A stretch of 64,000 nt of DNA from Candidatus Dormibacteria bacterium (GCA_050010655.1 JBEKKP010000006.1:8716-72715), one strand, 5' to 3'. Counted from the first letter of the stretch, positions 38,313 to 49,975 are shown. The notes: generated by a model from the sequence alone, not told the origin. Numbers and translations: made by a program.

Positions 38313-38950
38313 GCCTCGACCGCGTTCGCCGGCCCGCGTGAGCTCCGTCCGTTGAGCCACCCGGCGAGCAACGCCGCGAGCGGAGCGGCGGCACACGCGA
38401 GCACCCCGCCTGGAAAGGAGTCGGTGCCGCTCCGGAGCAACCAAGCGGTCCCGGTCGCAATCCCGATCATCGCCACCGCGACGCCCAGGTCCTCGACCGT
38501 CCTCGCCACCAGGAGCCGGATCACGCCGCACGTCCAGGCGTAGGCGATCGGGAACAGCAGGCCACCCACGGTCGCGATCTGCCCGATCGGGACGTTGAAG
38601 CTCACCCACGAGGCGACCGGAATGGCAAGCGCCGCCCCAAACGCCCGGCTGCTCCGCGGCCCGAAGAGGCGGTCCGCCGGCGAGAAGGCGGGGATGGTCG
38701 GGTCCAGCCGTGAAAGCCAGGGAAGAACCCGTCCGCCGAGCCACCCGGCCCAGGCGAGCAACACCGCCGCGACGGCGCAACCGCCGAGCACGAGCGCGCC
38801 CGGAGCGCCCACGAATGTCGCCGCTGTGGGCGCGAGCCCGGCGGCCAGGAACACGACGGCAATTGCGACCGCGCGCCTGCCGTCGACCATCATCGCGACC
38901 ACGACGGCGATGACCCCGGCAGCTGACAGCAGCGGCGCAGACACCGCCAT
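38309..38950 (-). CDS. Uncharacterised polytopic membrane protein (operon member 2)
   Basis: 213 aa with the ATG at 38950 overlapping the upstream TGA by 1 nt (TGATG). About 6 hydrophobic segments. Confidence 0.65.
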   Translation of the reverse strand: MAVSAPLLSAAGVIAVVVAMMVDGRRAVAIAVVFLAAGLAPTAATFVGAPGALVLGGCAVAAVLLAWAGWLGGRVLPWLSRLDPTIPAFSPADRLFGPRSSRAFGAALAIPVASWVSFNVPIGQIATVGGLLFPIAYAWTCGVIRLLVARTVEDLGVAVAMIGIATGTAWLLRSGTDSFPGGVLACAAAPLAALLAGWLNGRSSRGPANAVEA

Positions 38951-40623
38951 CAGTGAATGAACTGGGTCAGCACGAGGCCGAGGACCGCTCCCCCGAAGAC
39001 CACGACGAGCTGCGGTTGCACCTGCAGCCAGTCATCCACCTGGCGCAGCCACGCGTTCGCCCGCATCGCGGGCGGGCGGAGCATCCGAGCAACGGCGAGG
39101 CCGGCAAGGCGAGGACGGTCCGGCGCCGGCTCGTCCCGCGGAGATCGCAACGACGCCAGCGACCACTCGGCAAGCGTGGCGAATGCCCAGACGCCGGCCA
39201 CGACGATCAGGAATGCCACGACGATGTAGCCGCCCGACCAGTCGCCCGCGTCCGTCCGGATCGCGCCAACCCCGAGCGGCTCGGTAACCCCTCCTGAGTC
39301 CAGCGCGGTGAGAAGCGAGGTCGCGATCGTGCCTGGCACGAGCGCGGCGGCGACCGACAGGACCGCGGCCAGCAGCGCGAGCATCGACACAGGGCGCTCG
39401 CGAGCGATACCGATCACGGGCGTGAGGACTCGCGCCGCCGCGCGAACCGCAGCAGCCGCGCCGAGGAGACCCGCGACGCCGATGGCGGCAAGGAGCGCTG
39501 CCCCCGGCCTGCCGATCGAGACGATTGCCGAGAGCTCGAGGATGAGCGCCGTGATGCCGAACCCGACCGGCAGCGACCCGGCGGCACCGAGCGCAAACGC
39601 CGCGAGCACTCTGCCGGAGCGGCCACGGCCGACGTGCTCCCAGGCAGGCGTGAGGGCTGTCACCAGCATCACAGCGCAGATGCCGGCGGCGATCGCCGTG
39701 CCCGCCCCTGCTCCCGAGATGCCGGTGAGGGCGATGACCGGCGCCGCGGCGCTGATGCAAAACGCGCGTCCGGCGACGACCGGGACCGACGCATGTCGAA
39801 GCGCAACGGCCACGGCAACCACTGCGGCGAGCCCGCCGGCAACCGCAAGCCCGATTGCGATCTGTTCGGGGAACGGTCCCGCCGCGACTTGGCGCAGACG
39901 GAGCAGCACGATCGCGCCGCACGGGATGGCGCTTGTGGTGGCCCACGCCGCAGTCGGCGTCCGGCTCCCACGGACGGGAACCACCGCCGGCGCGAGCAGG
40001 CGCATCACGCCCGCAACGGCCCAGGGGCCGGCGACGGTGGCCACCATCGCATCTGACGGAATCACCGCGAAGTCAGTCGTGCCCGCAACGCTCAGCAACT
40101 GCACCGCTGCAACCACCAGGCCGAGTGACGCGAGGTGCTCGATGCCGATCGCGACGAGACCGCCCCGGCCCGGCCGGCCGCGGGCCGCGCTGGTCATGAG
40201 CAGCGTCCCGACGCCCGCAATCTCGACGCCGCCGGCGAGCATCACCATGTTGCCGGCGAGCGCCGCGAGCGTGGTTCCGGCAACGCAGACGAGCAGGGCG
40301 CTCACCTCGCGAGTGCGCCGATCAGCATCCAGGAGGAGGACCAACCCTGCGGATGCCGCCGCAAGTCCCAGCGTGGCGCCGGGGAGATCCAATCGCAGCA
40401 GATAGGTGATCCCGGTGACCGGTGTCCCCAGCGAGGTCTCGATGCCGCCGGTGCCGTTGAGGAACGCCGTCTCCACGGCCATCAGCGCGATCGTCGCGGC
40501 GATACCGATCCCCGCGATGATCCGTGCGGCCAACGCCTGCCGAGGCCCGAGTGCGAAGACGACGATCGCCGCCGCCACGAGCGGGGCGGGTATCAGCGCC
40601 AGCTGGAGCCCACCGCCCAGCAT
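38950..40623 (-). CDS. Uncharacterised large polytopic membrane protein, faint antiporter-like (NuoL/MrpA-type) resemblance (operon member 1)
   Basis: The start is trimmed to the ATG at 40623 (MLGGGLQLALIPAP), with GGGAGG about 11 nt upstream. The segment NMVMLAGGVEIAGVGTLLMTS recalls the WE..G..SYLLI helix of complex-I antiporter-like subunits, but most signature residues are not evident. Confidence 0.65.
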   Translation of the reverse strand: MLGGGLQLALIPAPLVAAAIVVFALGPRQALAARIIAGIGIAATIALMAVETAFLNGTGGIETSLGTPVTGITYLLRLDLPGATLGLAAASAGLVLLLDADRRTREVSALLVCVAGTTLAALAGNMVMLAGGVEIAGVGTLLMTSAARGRPGRGGLVAIGIEHLASLGLVVAAVQLLSVAGTTDFAVIPSDAMVATVAGPWAVAGVMRLLAPAVVPVRGSRTPTAAWATTSAIPCGAIVLLRLRQVAAGPFPEQIAIGLAVAGGLAAVVAVAVALRHASVPVVAGRAFCISAAAPVIALTGISGAGAGTAIAAGICAVMLVTALTPAWEHVGRGRSGRVLAAFALGAAGSLPVGFGITALILELSAIVSIGRPGAALLAAIGVAGLLGAAAAVRAAARVLTPVIGIARERPVSMLALLAAVLSVAAALVPGTIATSLLTALDSGGVTEPLGVGAIRTDAGDWSGGYIVVAFLIVVAGVWAFATLAEWSLASLRSPRDEPAPDRPRLAGLAVARMLRPPAMRANAWLRQVDDWLQVQPQLVVVFGGAVLGLVLTQFIH

Positions 40624-40630
40624 CGTGCTG

Positions 40631-41098
40631 CTACCTCCCGGTACGGGCCAGCGCCGGCGCTCCGACCTCTGTGGCGCAGTACGGGCAGACCCCCCAGCCG
40701 AGGCGCAGGCTGCGGTCGCACCCGGTGCACCGCCGGGCAAACTGGGTCCGGCAGTACGGGCAGAGAATGAACTCCTGCTCGATCTCGCGTCCGCACGTCG
40801 GGCAGGGCCGCGTGGGGATGCCCTCGGCAGGCGGCTCGAGCAGCACCTGCTCCTCGATGGCAAGCGACCGCACCTGCTCCATGGTCAGCGGAGGGCGGAC
40901 CATGAAGTAGATCAGTGCCCCCAGGAACGGGGGCACGAAGCCGAGGAGCATCGCGAAAAGCGTGAAGCCGGGCGACGTGGTGCGCCGCCGCGCATCGCGA
41001 ACGACATAGAAGGCCAGTGCGAGCCAGAGCACCACCAGGTAGGCGACGACGATGACCACCACGAGGGTGAGCAGCGTCCCAATGTCAACCAGCAGCAT
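40631..41098 (-). CDS. Membrane protein with PLD-N-terminal-like two-TM domain and double zinc ribbon
   Basis: The start is trimmed to the ATG at 41098. It has VVLWLALAFYVVRDARRR...FVPPFLGALIYFMVRPP, followed by CPTCGREIEQEFILCPYC and CTGCDRSLRLGWGVCPYC. Confidence 0.75.
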   Translation of the reverse strand: MLLVDIGTLLTLVVVIVVAYLVVLWLALAFYVVRDARRRTTSPGFTLFAMLLGFVPPFLGALIYFMVRPPLTMEQVRSLAIEEQVLLEPPAEGIPTRPCPTCGREIEQEFILCPYCRTQFARRCTGCDRSLRLGWGVCPYCATEVGAPALARTGR

Positions 41099-43733
41099 CG
41101 TGGCGTTCTCCTGTGGGGCCGGTGCGCAGCAGGTCCAGTTGCGCGACGGCTTCGGCGAGGCGGCGGCGCGACTCTTCCACAACCTGGGCCGGTGCCCCGT
41201 TCACAAACCCCGGGTTCGCGAGCTGTGCGTTGAGCCGCGACACGTTTGCCTCGAGCAGGCCGATCTGACGTGCGGTCGCGCTGGCGTCGGCGGCAGTGTC
41301 GGCGATCACCACCTCGGCGTGGAGCCTACCCGAAACCACGACGACTGGATCGACGCCACGAGGATGGGTTTCCAGCACCACTGCCGGCACCAGCCCGCCG
41401 ATCAAGCGGGTGATGTGTTTGTTGGTGCCGCGACCATCGGTGGCACGAACCACGATCTGCATCCGCTCGCGGTTGCCGCGCGGCACTTTGTGACTGTGGC
41501 CGAGCGCGCGGATGCGCTGCACGAGGTCGATGGCCGCCGTCATCTCGGCATGAGCGGCGACCGTGTCGGCATCGTCCCAGAGCGCCTCCACCTCCGGCCA
41601 CGAGCGCTGCTGGAGGGTCGGCGCCGGATTGGGCAGTTGCTGTGCGCACTCCTCGGTCACAAAAGGCATGAACGGATGCAGCAGGCGAAGCAGTACGTCC
41701 ATTACGGTCACCGCCGTCCAGATTGCGGCGCGGCGGGATTCGTGGTCGCCGGCATCCGCGAGGCGCAGCTTGATGATCTCGACGTACCAGTCGCAGAACG
41801 AGTGCCACGTGGTGTCGTAGAGGCGGTCCACGGCGTCGTGGAATCGATACGCGACAAAGCCCGCATCGCATTCGCGCACCACCGCCGCGAGCTCGGCGAG
41901 CATCCATCGATCCTCGGGACGGAGCATCTCGGGCGGGGGTGGATGAACGTCCAGATCGGCGACCGAACCGGCCCCCACCTTGGCGACGAGGAACCCGCTG
42001 GTCACCTGCCACAACTTGTTGGCGAACCGCTGATACGACGCGATGCGATCGGCATCGAAACGCATGTCCTGACCGCTCGTCGACACCGCGGCAGCCCACG
42101 CGCGCACCGCGTCCGCGCCGTACTGATCGATGAGGTCGAGCGGATCGATGGTGTTGCCCTTCGACTTGCTCATTCGCGAGCCGTCGACGGCCTGAATCGT
42201 GCTCGTGATCAGCACCGTGCTGAACGGGTTGCGGCCGGTGAACTTGAGGCCCGTCATGATCATCCGGGCGACCCAGAGAAAGATGATGTCGCGGCCCGTG
42301 ACAAGTGCATCAGTGGGATAGAACTTTTCGAGGTCTTCCGTTTTCTCGGGCCAGCCGAAAATGGCGAATGGCCACAGGCCGCTGCTGAACCATGTGTCGA
42401 GCACGTCCGGGTCGTTGGTGAGCGACGTGTCGCCGCACTCCGGGCACGTGGCCGGCGGGTCGATCCATGCGAAACGATGTCCGTTGGCGCAAGTCGACAC
42501 CGGAATTGCATGCCCCAGCCATATCTGCCGGCTGATGCACCAGTCGCGAATGTTGCGCATCCAGTGCAGGTACACGTCGGTGTAACGCGCTGGAGAGAAG
42601 GTGATCTCGCCGCTTTCCACGGCACCGATTCCGGGCGCTGCGAGTGACGCCATGCGCACCCACCACTGCTCGCTGACGAGCGGCTCGAGCACGGTGCCAC
42701 ACCGATCGCAGTGACCCACCTCGTGCAGGTACGGCTCCTCTTTGACGAGCACGCCCATGGTGCGGAGCGCTGCTGCGACGGCTACGCGTGCCTCGTCGGC
42801 GGGCATGCCGTGAAATTGCGGCAGCTCGGGCACGTCCATCGTGCCGTCGAGTGCGATGACGTTGACGATCGGTAGCGAATGGCGGGCACCGATCTCGTAG
42901 TCGGTCGGGTCATGACCAGGCGTCACCTTGAGCGCGCCGGTACCGAACTCTGGTCGCACTGCGGCGTCGGCGAAGATCGGGATGACACGCCAGGCGAGTG
43001 GCAGCGTCACCTTCTTGCCGATCAGCGCCGTGTACCGCGGATCGTCCGGCCCGACCGCAACGCCGGTGTCGCCGAGCATCGTCTCGGGTCGCACGGTCGC
43101 GACGGTGATGCTCAGACCACCTTCAACCGGATACTTCAGGTAAAAGAGGGTGTCGGTGTGCTCCTGCCACTCGATCTCCTCGTCGCTGATTGCGGAGCGA
43201 CAGCGCGGACACCAGTTGACAATTCGTGGCCCGCGATAGACCAGGCCTTCGTCGAACAACGTCTTGAACACGAGCCTGATCGCGCGCACGTACTCGTCGT
43301 CAAGCGTGAAACGCGCGCGCTCCCAGTCGCACGTGTACCCCATCCTGCGCATCTGCTCGAAGATGCGGCCGCCGTACTCCTCGTACCAGGCATCAACACG
43401 CGTCTGGAACGCGGCGCGGCCCAATTCCTCTTTGGTGGTGCCCTCGTCGGCAAGCTGCCGTTCGATGACGTTCTGCGTGGCGATGGCTGCGTGGTCGGTG
43501 CCTGGGCACCATTCCACCTCGAATCCGCGCATGCGCCGTTGCCGGCACAGGGTGTCCTGAATCGAAAAGGTCGACGCGTGACCCATGTGCAGCGCGCCGG
43601 TGATGTTCGGCGGTGGGAGCGCGATGACGTACGCGGGCTTGGTGCTCGCGACATCGGCATGGCCGACCTCGAGCTCACGCCAGCGCTCGCGCCACTTCGG
43701 TTCCACGCTGGACCAGTCGAAATGCTTTTCCAT
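41085..43733 (-). CDS. valS: Valine--tRNA ligase
   Basis: The start is trimmed to the ATG at 43733 (MEKHFDWSSVEPKWRERW). It has PPPNITGALHMGHA (HIGH), KMSKSKGN (KMSKS) and a C-terminal coiled coil. Confidence 0.95.
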   Translation of the reverse strand: MEKHFDWSSVEPKWRERWRELEVGHADVASTKPAYVIALPPPNITGALHMGHASTFSIQDTLCRQRRMRGFEVEWCPGTDHAAIATQNVIERQLADEGTTKEELGRAAFQTRVDAWYEEYGGRIFEQMRRMGYTCDWERARFTLDDEYVRAIRLVFKTLFDEGLVYRGPRIVNWCPRCRSAISDEEIEWQEHTDTLFYLKYPVEGGLSITVATVRPETMLGDTGVAVGPDDPRYTALIGKKVTLPLAWRVIPIFADAAVRPEFGTGALKVTPGHDPTDYEIGARHSLPIVNVIALDGTMDVPELPQFHGMPADEARVAVAAALRTMGVLVKEEPYLHEVGHCDRCGTVLEPLVSEQWWVRMASLAAPGIGAVESGEITFSPARYTDVYLHWMRNIRDWCISRQIWLGHAIPVSTCANGHRFAWIDPPATCPECGDTSLTNDPDVLDTWFSSGLWPFAIFGWPEKTEDLEKFYPTDALVTGRDIIFLWVARMIMTGLKFTGRNPFSTVLITSTIQAVDGSRMSKSKGNTIDPLDLIDQYGADAVRAWAAAVSTSGQDMRFDADRIASYQRFANKLWQVTSGFLVAKVGAGSVADLDVHPPPPEMLRPEDRWMLAELAAVVRECDAGFVAYRFHDAVDRLYDTTWHSFCDWYVEIIKLRLADAGDHESRRAAIWTAVTVMDVLLRLLHPFMPFVTEECAQQLPNPAPTLQQRSWPEVEALWDDADTVAAHAEMTAAIDLVQRIRALGHSHKVPRGNRERMQIVVRATDGRGTNKHITRLIGGLVPAVVLETHPRGVDPVVVVSGRLHAEVVIADTAADASATARQIGLLEANVSRLNAQLANPGFVNGAPAQVVEESRRRLAEAVAQLDLLRTGPTGERHDAAG

Positions 43734-43765
43734 TGGGCGGATTGAGTATATGGGCCGACCGGGTC

Positions 43766-44347
43766 TTACTCGCCCGCGGCGAGAGTCGCACCCGATTGCT
43801 CGTTGCGCCATTCGGGGGTGAATGGCGAACTCTGATAGACGAGTTGCGGCGTCGAGGTACCGAGCTGCTGAGCCGCTGCGACATCGCTGACCGCGGGAAA
43901 GGTGACCGGCGCGGTGGGGCCGGTTTGGGAGATGTCGAGCACCGATCCGAAGTACGCCCGCTCCCCACACCCCACGAAGAAGGACACCAGCCCGACGAGT
44001 CGCGTACCACCGGTTTCCTGCGAGGTGAAGGGCACCACGACGGCGGCCGGCTGCCCGGGGGTGGCCGCAGCAATGTTGACGGGATCGAGCGCCGTTGCCC
44101 CATCGAGGTCGGGGCTCACCACCGCCGCGGCATTCTCGGCGACCTCCACGAGCGCGCCCGCGTTGGTCGCGTCAAACGTCTGGTCGAACCCGCCGAGCGA
44201 GCTGAGCGAGGGCGGCAGGCTCGGTTCCGGTGCAGCGATTGAGCACCCGGACGCGCTGTTGCTGATGACGTGCGCCAGCGTGATCAAGGTCACCGCGAAA
44301 AAGGCCGCCACAGCCACCGCAGCCACAACGATGGCTCGGCGTTTCAC
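43766..44347 (-). CDS. Hypothetical membrane-anchored or exported protein
   Basis: GTG start 2 nt after the clpX stop. It has an N-terminal anchor AIVVAAVAVAAFFAVTLITLA and no recognisable domain. Confidence 0.6.
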   Translation of the reverse strand: MKRRAIVVAAVAVAAFFAVTLITLAHVISNSASGCSIAAPEPSLPPSLSSLGGFDQTFDATNAGALVEVAENAAAVVSPDLDGATALDPVNIAAATPGQPAAVVVPFTSQETGGTRLVGLVSFFVGCGERAYFGSVLDISQTGPTAPVTFPAVSDVAAAQQLGTSTPQLVYQSSPFTPEWRNEQSGATLAAGE

Positions 44348-44349
44348 GC

Positions 44350-45639
<1,290 letters not shown>

Positions 45640-45693
45640 CGCATTCCCCTTGGATTTGTTCCGAATTCCTACCGCGACCGGCAGATCACGCTG

Positions 45694-46407
45694 TTAGGCG
45701 TGCGCTGTTGCGCCGCCACCCGCCTGTGGTGTCTCTGTTTCCGGCGGAGCTCCAGGTGGACGTCCGCCGTTGCTGCTCTCACCGTTTGGCGCTCCGCCGC
45801 TCTTGATGCGGCCCTGGATGATCTCGTCGATGAGGCCGTAGTCCTTGGCCTCCTCGGCGCTCATGAAGAAGTCGCGATCCGAATCGTGGTTGACGACTTC
45901 GATGGGCTTGCCACTGTGATGCGCAAGGATTTCGTCGAGGCGGCGGCGCACACGAAGGATCTCCTGCGCGTGAATTTGAATGTCGGTTGCCTGACCGCTG
46001 AATCCACCGGATGGTTGGTGGATGAGGACGCGAGTGTTGGGAAGGCTGAGGCGCATCCCCGCAGCGCCACCGGCGAGCAGGATCGCTGCCATCGATGCGG
46101 CGATGCCCATGCAGATCGTGCCGACACGCGGTTCGACGTACTGCATCGTGTCGTAGATGGCGAGGCCCGCATATACCGACCCACCCGGGGAGTTGATGTA
46201 GAGCCAGATGTCCTTCTCGGGATCCTCGCCTGCGAGGAACAGCAATTGCGCCATCACGACATTCGCGACCTGGTCGTCAATCGGCGTCCCGATGAAGATG
46301 ATTCTGTCTTTGAGCAGCCGCGAGTAGATGTCCATCCCGCGCTCGCCCCGATTGGTTGTCTCGATGACGTACGGGATCAGATTGGTCGGATTCATTCTGT
46401 TTTCCAT
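45694..46407 (-). CDS. clpP: ATP-dependent Clp protease proteolytic subunit
   Basis: [42 protein letters not shown] and [11 protein letters not shown]. It has a Gly/Pro-rich C-terminal tail of about 38 aa. The start may be the internal ATG (MNPTNL). Confidence 0.95.
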   Translation of the reverse strand: MENRMNPTNLIPYVIETTNRGERGMDIYSRLLKDRIIFIGTPIDDQVANVVMAQLLFLAGEDPEKDIWLYINSPGGSVYAGLAIYDTMQYVEPRVGTICMGIAASMAAILLAGGAAGMRLSLPNTRVLIHQPSGGFSGQATDIQIHAQEILRVRRRLDEILAHHSGKPIEVVNHDSDRDFFMSAEEAKDYGLIDEIIQGRIKSGGAPNGESSNGGRPPGAPPETETPQAGGGATAHA

Positions 46408-46436
46408 TATAGGTGGCTTTTTTGGAGGTGGCTTTT

Positions 46437-47324
46437 TTAGTCGCGCTGCCGGAATCCGTAGACAGCCAGGCTCATCATCAGCAGGCCGAAGGCGACGAGC
46501 ACCACCAGTTCGACCCAGAGCGAGACAGTCCAGCCGAAGAGGGTCACTTCGAAGCCGTGGACCACCTGTGACGGCACCCCGGACATCGTCAGGACGATCC
46601 TGCGCAGGGCGTCGATCCCGTAGCTCGCCGGATCAAGGCGCGTCAGCACGAGCAGCCAGGCCGGGAGGTTACCCGTGAGAGGGAACAGGGCGCCGGCAAG
46701 GAAGAACATCGGCATCATCAGGAAGTTCATCACCACCTGGAAGCCCTGCATGGTCCGCATCCGAGCCGCGACAGCGACACCGAGTGCGCTCAGCGCGAAC
46801 GCAAACAGGAAGATCGCCGGGACCAGCTCCACAACGCCAATGACCGTGAACTTGACGCCCACCAGCGGCGCGAGCACCAGGATGACGAGCCCCTGAATCA
46901 TCGCCTGCGAAGCGCCACCGAGCGTCTTCCCGATGGCGACCGCCGAGCGATGGATCGGCGCGACAAGCACCTCTTTCAGAAAGCCGAACTCGCGATCCCA
47001 CACGATCGACATCGCACCGAAGATGGACGTGAAAAGCACCGACATTCCGATGATGCCGGGGAAGATGAACTGTACGTACTGCAACGACGATCCGGCCCCG
47101 CCCAGACCACCGCTGCTGCCTCGCAACGCAGAGCTGAGCCCGCTGCCGAACACGAACAGGAAGAGGATCGGCTGCGCGAGTGAACCGAGCACGCGCATGC
47201 GATCGCGCCAGTATCGAATGAGGTCGCGCCGCCAGATGATGATGATCGCGCGCAGCGTCGCGCCGCGGATGTTGACCGTCTGCGAGCGCGGCACAGTCGG
47301 CGCGCTCAGTACCTGATCGCTCAT
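46437..47324 (-). CDS. ABC-2 type transporter permease
   Basis: The start is trimmed to the ATG at 47324 (ATGA overlap with the ATPase stop). Six TM segments, with DrrB/NodJ-like organisation. Confidence 0.8.
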   Translation of the reverse strand: MSDQVLSAPTVPRSQTVNIRGATLRAIIIIWRRDLIRYWRDRMRVLGSLAQPILFLFVFGSGLSSALRGSSGGLGGAGSSLQYVQFIFPGIIGMSVLFTSIFGAMSIVWDREFGFLKEVLVAPIHRSAVAIGKTLGGASQAMIQGLVILVLAPLVGVKFTVIGVVELVPAIFLFAFALSALGVAVAARMRTMQGFQVVMNFLMMPMFFLAGALFPLTGNLPAWLLVLTRLDPASYGIDALRRIVLTMSGVPSQVVHGFEVTLFGWTVSLWVELVVLVAFGLLMMSLAVYGFRQRD

Positions 47325-48310
47325 CGCCGTCCACCTCCTCCCCACATCCTGCCCATACGCCGCATGGTATCGAGGGATGTATTGGCCTGCTCGCGTATCT
47401 CGCGACCCGTGAGCTTCAGGAACACATCGTCAAGGCTCGGCCGCCTCGCGCTCACCGATGAAATCGGCACCGTCAACTCGGAGAACAGACGCGGCACAAA
47501 CGACGCGGAGTCCGCGACCTCGACACGCAACGTGCCGTCGATCTGGGTTGAGTCGAGGTGCATCACGGACCGCAATTGATCCGCCGCGACGTTCATGTCG
47601 GGAGTGGTGATGGTGACGACGTCGCCACCGACTTTCGTCTTCAGCTCCGCGGGTGTCCCAAGAGCGACGATCTTGCCCTGGTCGATGATGGCGATGCGAT
47701 CGCAGAACTCGGCCTCGTCCATGTAGTGCGTCGTCATGAAGATGGTGATGTGCTCACGCGTGCGCACGGTGTGCAGGTATTCCCAGATGTTGTTGCGCGT
47801 CTGCGGATCCAGCCCGAGAGTCGGCTCGTCGAGGAACAGGATCTGCGGGTAGTGCAGGATGCCCCGCGCGATCTCGAGACGGCGGCGCATGCCACCCGAG
47901 TAGGTGAGGACTGTCGAGCCCGCGCGGTCCTTGAGATCCACGATCTCGAGCGCGTCATCGATGCGCTGCTTCCGCGTCGCCGCAGGCAACCCATACAGGT
48001 AGGCGTGGAATTCGAGGTTCTCGCGACCGGTGAGCTGGCCGTCCAGCGAGGGATCCTGAAAGACGAGCCCGATCCGCGCCCGGACTGCGCTCGGGTCCTG
48101 GCTGACGTCGAACCCGGCCACCTCGGCAACGCCGGAGGTCGGCCGGATGAGCGTGCAGAGGATGCTGATGGTCGTCGACTTCCCGGCGCCGTTGGGCCCG
48201 AGGAACCCGAAGATCTCGCCGGCGCCGACCTCGAGGTCGATGCCGCGGACCGCTTCGACTTTCCCGTACGTCTTGACGAGGTCGTGAACGCTGATCACCG
48301 GCTGGCTCAT
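47321..48310 (-). CDS. ABC transporter ATP-binding protein (DrrA-like)
   Basis: GFLGPNGAGKSTT (Walker A), YSGGMRRRLEIA (signature), ILFLDEPTLGLD (Walker B) and a C-terminal accessory domain. Confidence 0.9.
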   Translation of the reverse strand: MSQPVISVHDLVKTYGKVEAVRGIDLEVGAGEIFGFLGPNGAGKSTTISILCTLIRPTSGVAEVAGFDVSQDPSAVRARIGLVFQDPSLDGQLTGRENLEFHAYLYGLPAATRKQRIDDALEIVDLKDRAGSTVLTYSGGMRRRLEIARGILHYPQILFLDEPTLGLDPQTRNNIWEYLHTVRTREHITIFMTTHYMDEAEFCDRIAIIDQGKIVALGTPAELKTKVGGDVVTITTPDMNVAADQLRSVMHLDSTQIDGTLRVEVADSASFVPRLFSELTVPISSVSARRPSLDDVFLKLTGREIREQANTSLDTMRRMGRMWGGGGRR

Positions 48311-48349
48311 GCGCGGGACAGCTTACCCACGCATCCCGGAGATCACGCG

Positions 48350-49681
48350 TCAGGTCGAGACGAAGCCCGAGGTCTCCGGGGTGACGATCTCGAGCAGCCG
48401 CTGCCCCGCAGCGCGGCGGCGCAGATCCCGCCGGGCGAGATCCTCGAGCCTTCTACGCTGATCGGCATCGACCTTCCGGCCTTCCGCGACAGCCCGTGCC
48501 TCGCGCTCGACCGCGGTCTCGTCGACCTCGATCCCCTCGGCGACTGCCAGGGCATCGAGCGCCAGTTCGAGCCGGACCCTGCTGGCCGCAGCCTCGCGCC
48601 GCTCGATGCGGAGCGCTGCCATCGTCTGGCCGCTCATCTCGATGTAGCGGTCGAGCGGCAGCCCGAGCGAGGTGAGGCGGTACTCGAGATCGGCGAGCTG
48701 GCGATCGATCTCGCGTTCGATCATCGCCTCTGGGACGTCGACCCGGACGTAGTCGCGGAGCGCTTCGAGCGCGGCGCCCTCGTGGCGCTCGCGATCCGCC
48801 TCGGCAGCCTCGACGGCAAGCGCAGTCCGGTAGTGCTCGCGCAGGTCCTCCAAGGTGGGCCCATGCCCGTCGAGCACGGCGAGCGCGTCGTCCTCCGGCG
48901 GCAGGGTCCGCTCGCGAACGGCGTGCACGGTGACGTCGATGGTGACCGTGGCACCGCGGAGCTCCTCCTGACGGTAGTCCTGCGGAAGCGTGGTCTCGAA
49001 CGATCGCGACTCCCCCGCCGTCAGGCCGATGACGCCATCCACGATCGCGGGGATCACCAGCTCGCGATCGAGCTCCAGCTCGCGCTCCTCGCCGTCACCG
49101 CCGGTGAGGATCTCTTCGCCGCGACGCATCACCAGCGTGCAGCGGATGACATCGCCTGCCTGGGCTGCTCGATCGACGTCGGCAACTTCGGAGTGGCGCC
49201 GGCGGGCCTCGAGGATCGCCTCGTCGATGGTCGCGTCGGTGATCTCGGTGGTTTCCATCGGGACCCGGAGGGTCAGGTAGTCGCGCAGCTCAACCTCGGG
49301 CTTGATGGTCACGGTCGCGGTGAACTTGAGCGGCTGATCACGCTCGAGCTCGCCCAGGTCCAGTTCCGGATCGCCCACCGGCTCCACACCGGTCTCATCG
49401 ACGGCGCGACGGTAGAGATCGGGAACGAGGTGGTCGATCGTCTCGTGCCGGATGGTCTCCCAGCCGATGGCGCGCTCCACCATCGCGGTGGGTGCCTTGC
49501 CAGGGCGGAATCCAGCGATGCGGACCCGGCCGGCAAGGCGCCGCAACGACGCCTGGACGGCGGCTTCGACCTCGTCCGCGGTGGCCTCCACCTGCAGGGC
49601 AACCTGGGAGGCAGCCTTGCGTTCGAGGGTGACGGTCATGGTTGGGGTCTTGCCCGGGGTGTCGGTCATCTGGGTACTCAT
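48350..49681 (-). CDS. tig: Trigger factor
   Basis: 443 aa with the ribosome-binding segment IAGFRPGKAP, an FKBP-like middle domain and a C-terminal arm. Confidence 0.92.
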   Translation of the reverse strand: MSTQMTDTPGKTPTMTVTLERKAASQVALQVEATADEVEAAVQASLRRLAGRVRIAGFRPGKAPTAMVERAIGWETIRHETIDHLVPDLYRRAVDETGVEPVGDPELDLGELERDQPLKFTATVTIKPEVELRDYLTLRVPMETTEITDATIDEAILEARRRHSEVADVDRAAQAGDVIRCTLVMRRGEEILTGGDGEERELELDRELVIPAIVDGVIGLTAGESRSFETTLPQDYRQEELRGATVTIDVTVHAVRERTLPPEDDALAVLDGHGPTLEDLREHYRTALAVEAAEADRERHEGAALEALRDYVRVDVPEAMIEREIDRQLADLEYRLTSLGLPLDRYIEMSGQTMAALRIERREAAASRVRLELALDALAVAEGIEVDETAVEREARAVAEGRKVDADQRRRLEDLARRDLRRRAAGQRLLEIVTPETSGFVST

Positions 49682-49699
49682 GTTTCTGGGGTGGCGCCG

Positions 49700-49781
49700 T
49701 GCGCGGACCGAGACTCGAACTCGGACGGGTCACCCCACGGGATCCTAAGTCCCGCGCGTCTACCGATTCCGCCATCCGCGC
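49700..49781 (-). tRNA. tRNA-Leu (anticodon TAG)
   Basis: Hand-folded. Acceptor GCGCGGA/TCCGCGC, D-arm GCGGAATCGGTAGACGC, anticodon stem CGGGA/TCCCG with loop CTTAGGA, long variable arm TGGGGTGACCCGT, and T-arm CCGAG-TTCGAGT-CTCGG. CCA is not encoded. Confidence 0.9.
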
Positions 49782-49911
49782 CCGGTCGGTCGAACCGGCC
49801 GTCGCCCAGTTTAGTGCTTGCGCAGTCGGCCCCAGCGGACAGCGCCCGAGAAACGAGCTTCGGCCGCGATCTCGGGTTTCCGAGAACGGCGATTTGCGAC
49901 ACAACGATCGC

Positions 49912-49940
49912 TGGACAACCCCTGTCCAGGTGCCTACTCT
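49912..49940 (+). promoter_or_regulatory. Candidate sigma70-type promoter (TGGACA-17 nt-TACTCT) overlapping an inverted repeat
   Basis: The -35-like TGGACA is at 49912..49917 and the -10-like TACTCT at 49935..49940, with an exact 17-nt spacer. The inverted repeat CTGGACA-ACCCC-TGTCCAG spans 49911..49929. Confidence 0.25.
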
Positions 49941-49975
49941 TGGGGGTATCCCCAACCCGCAGACGGAGGATCTGG

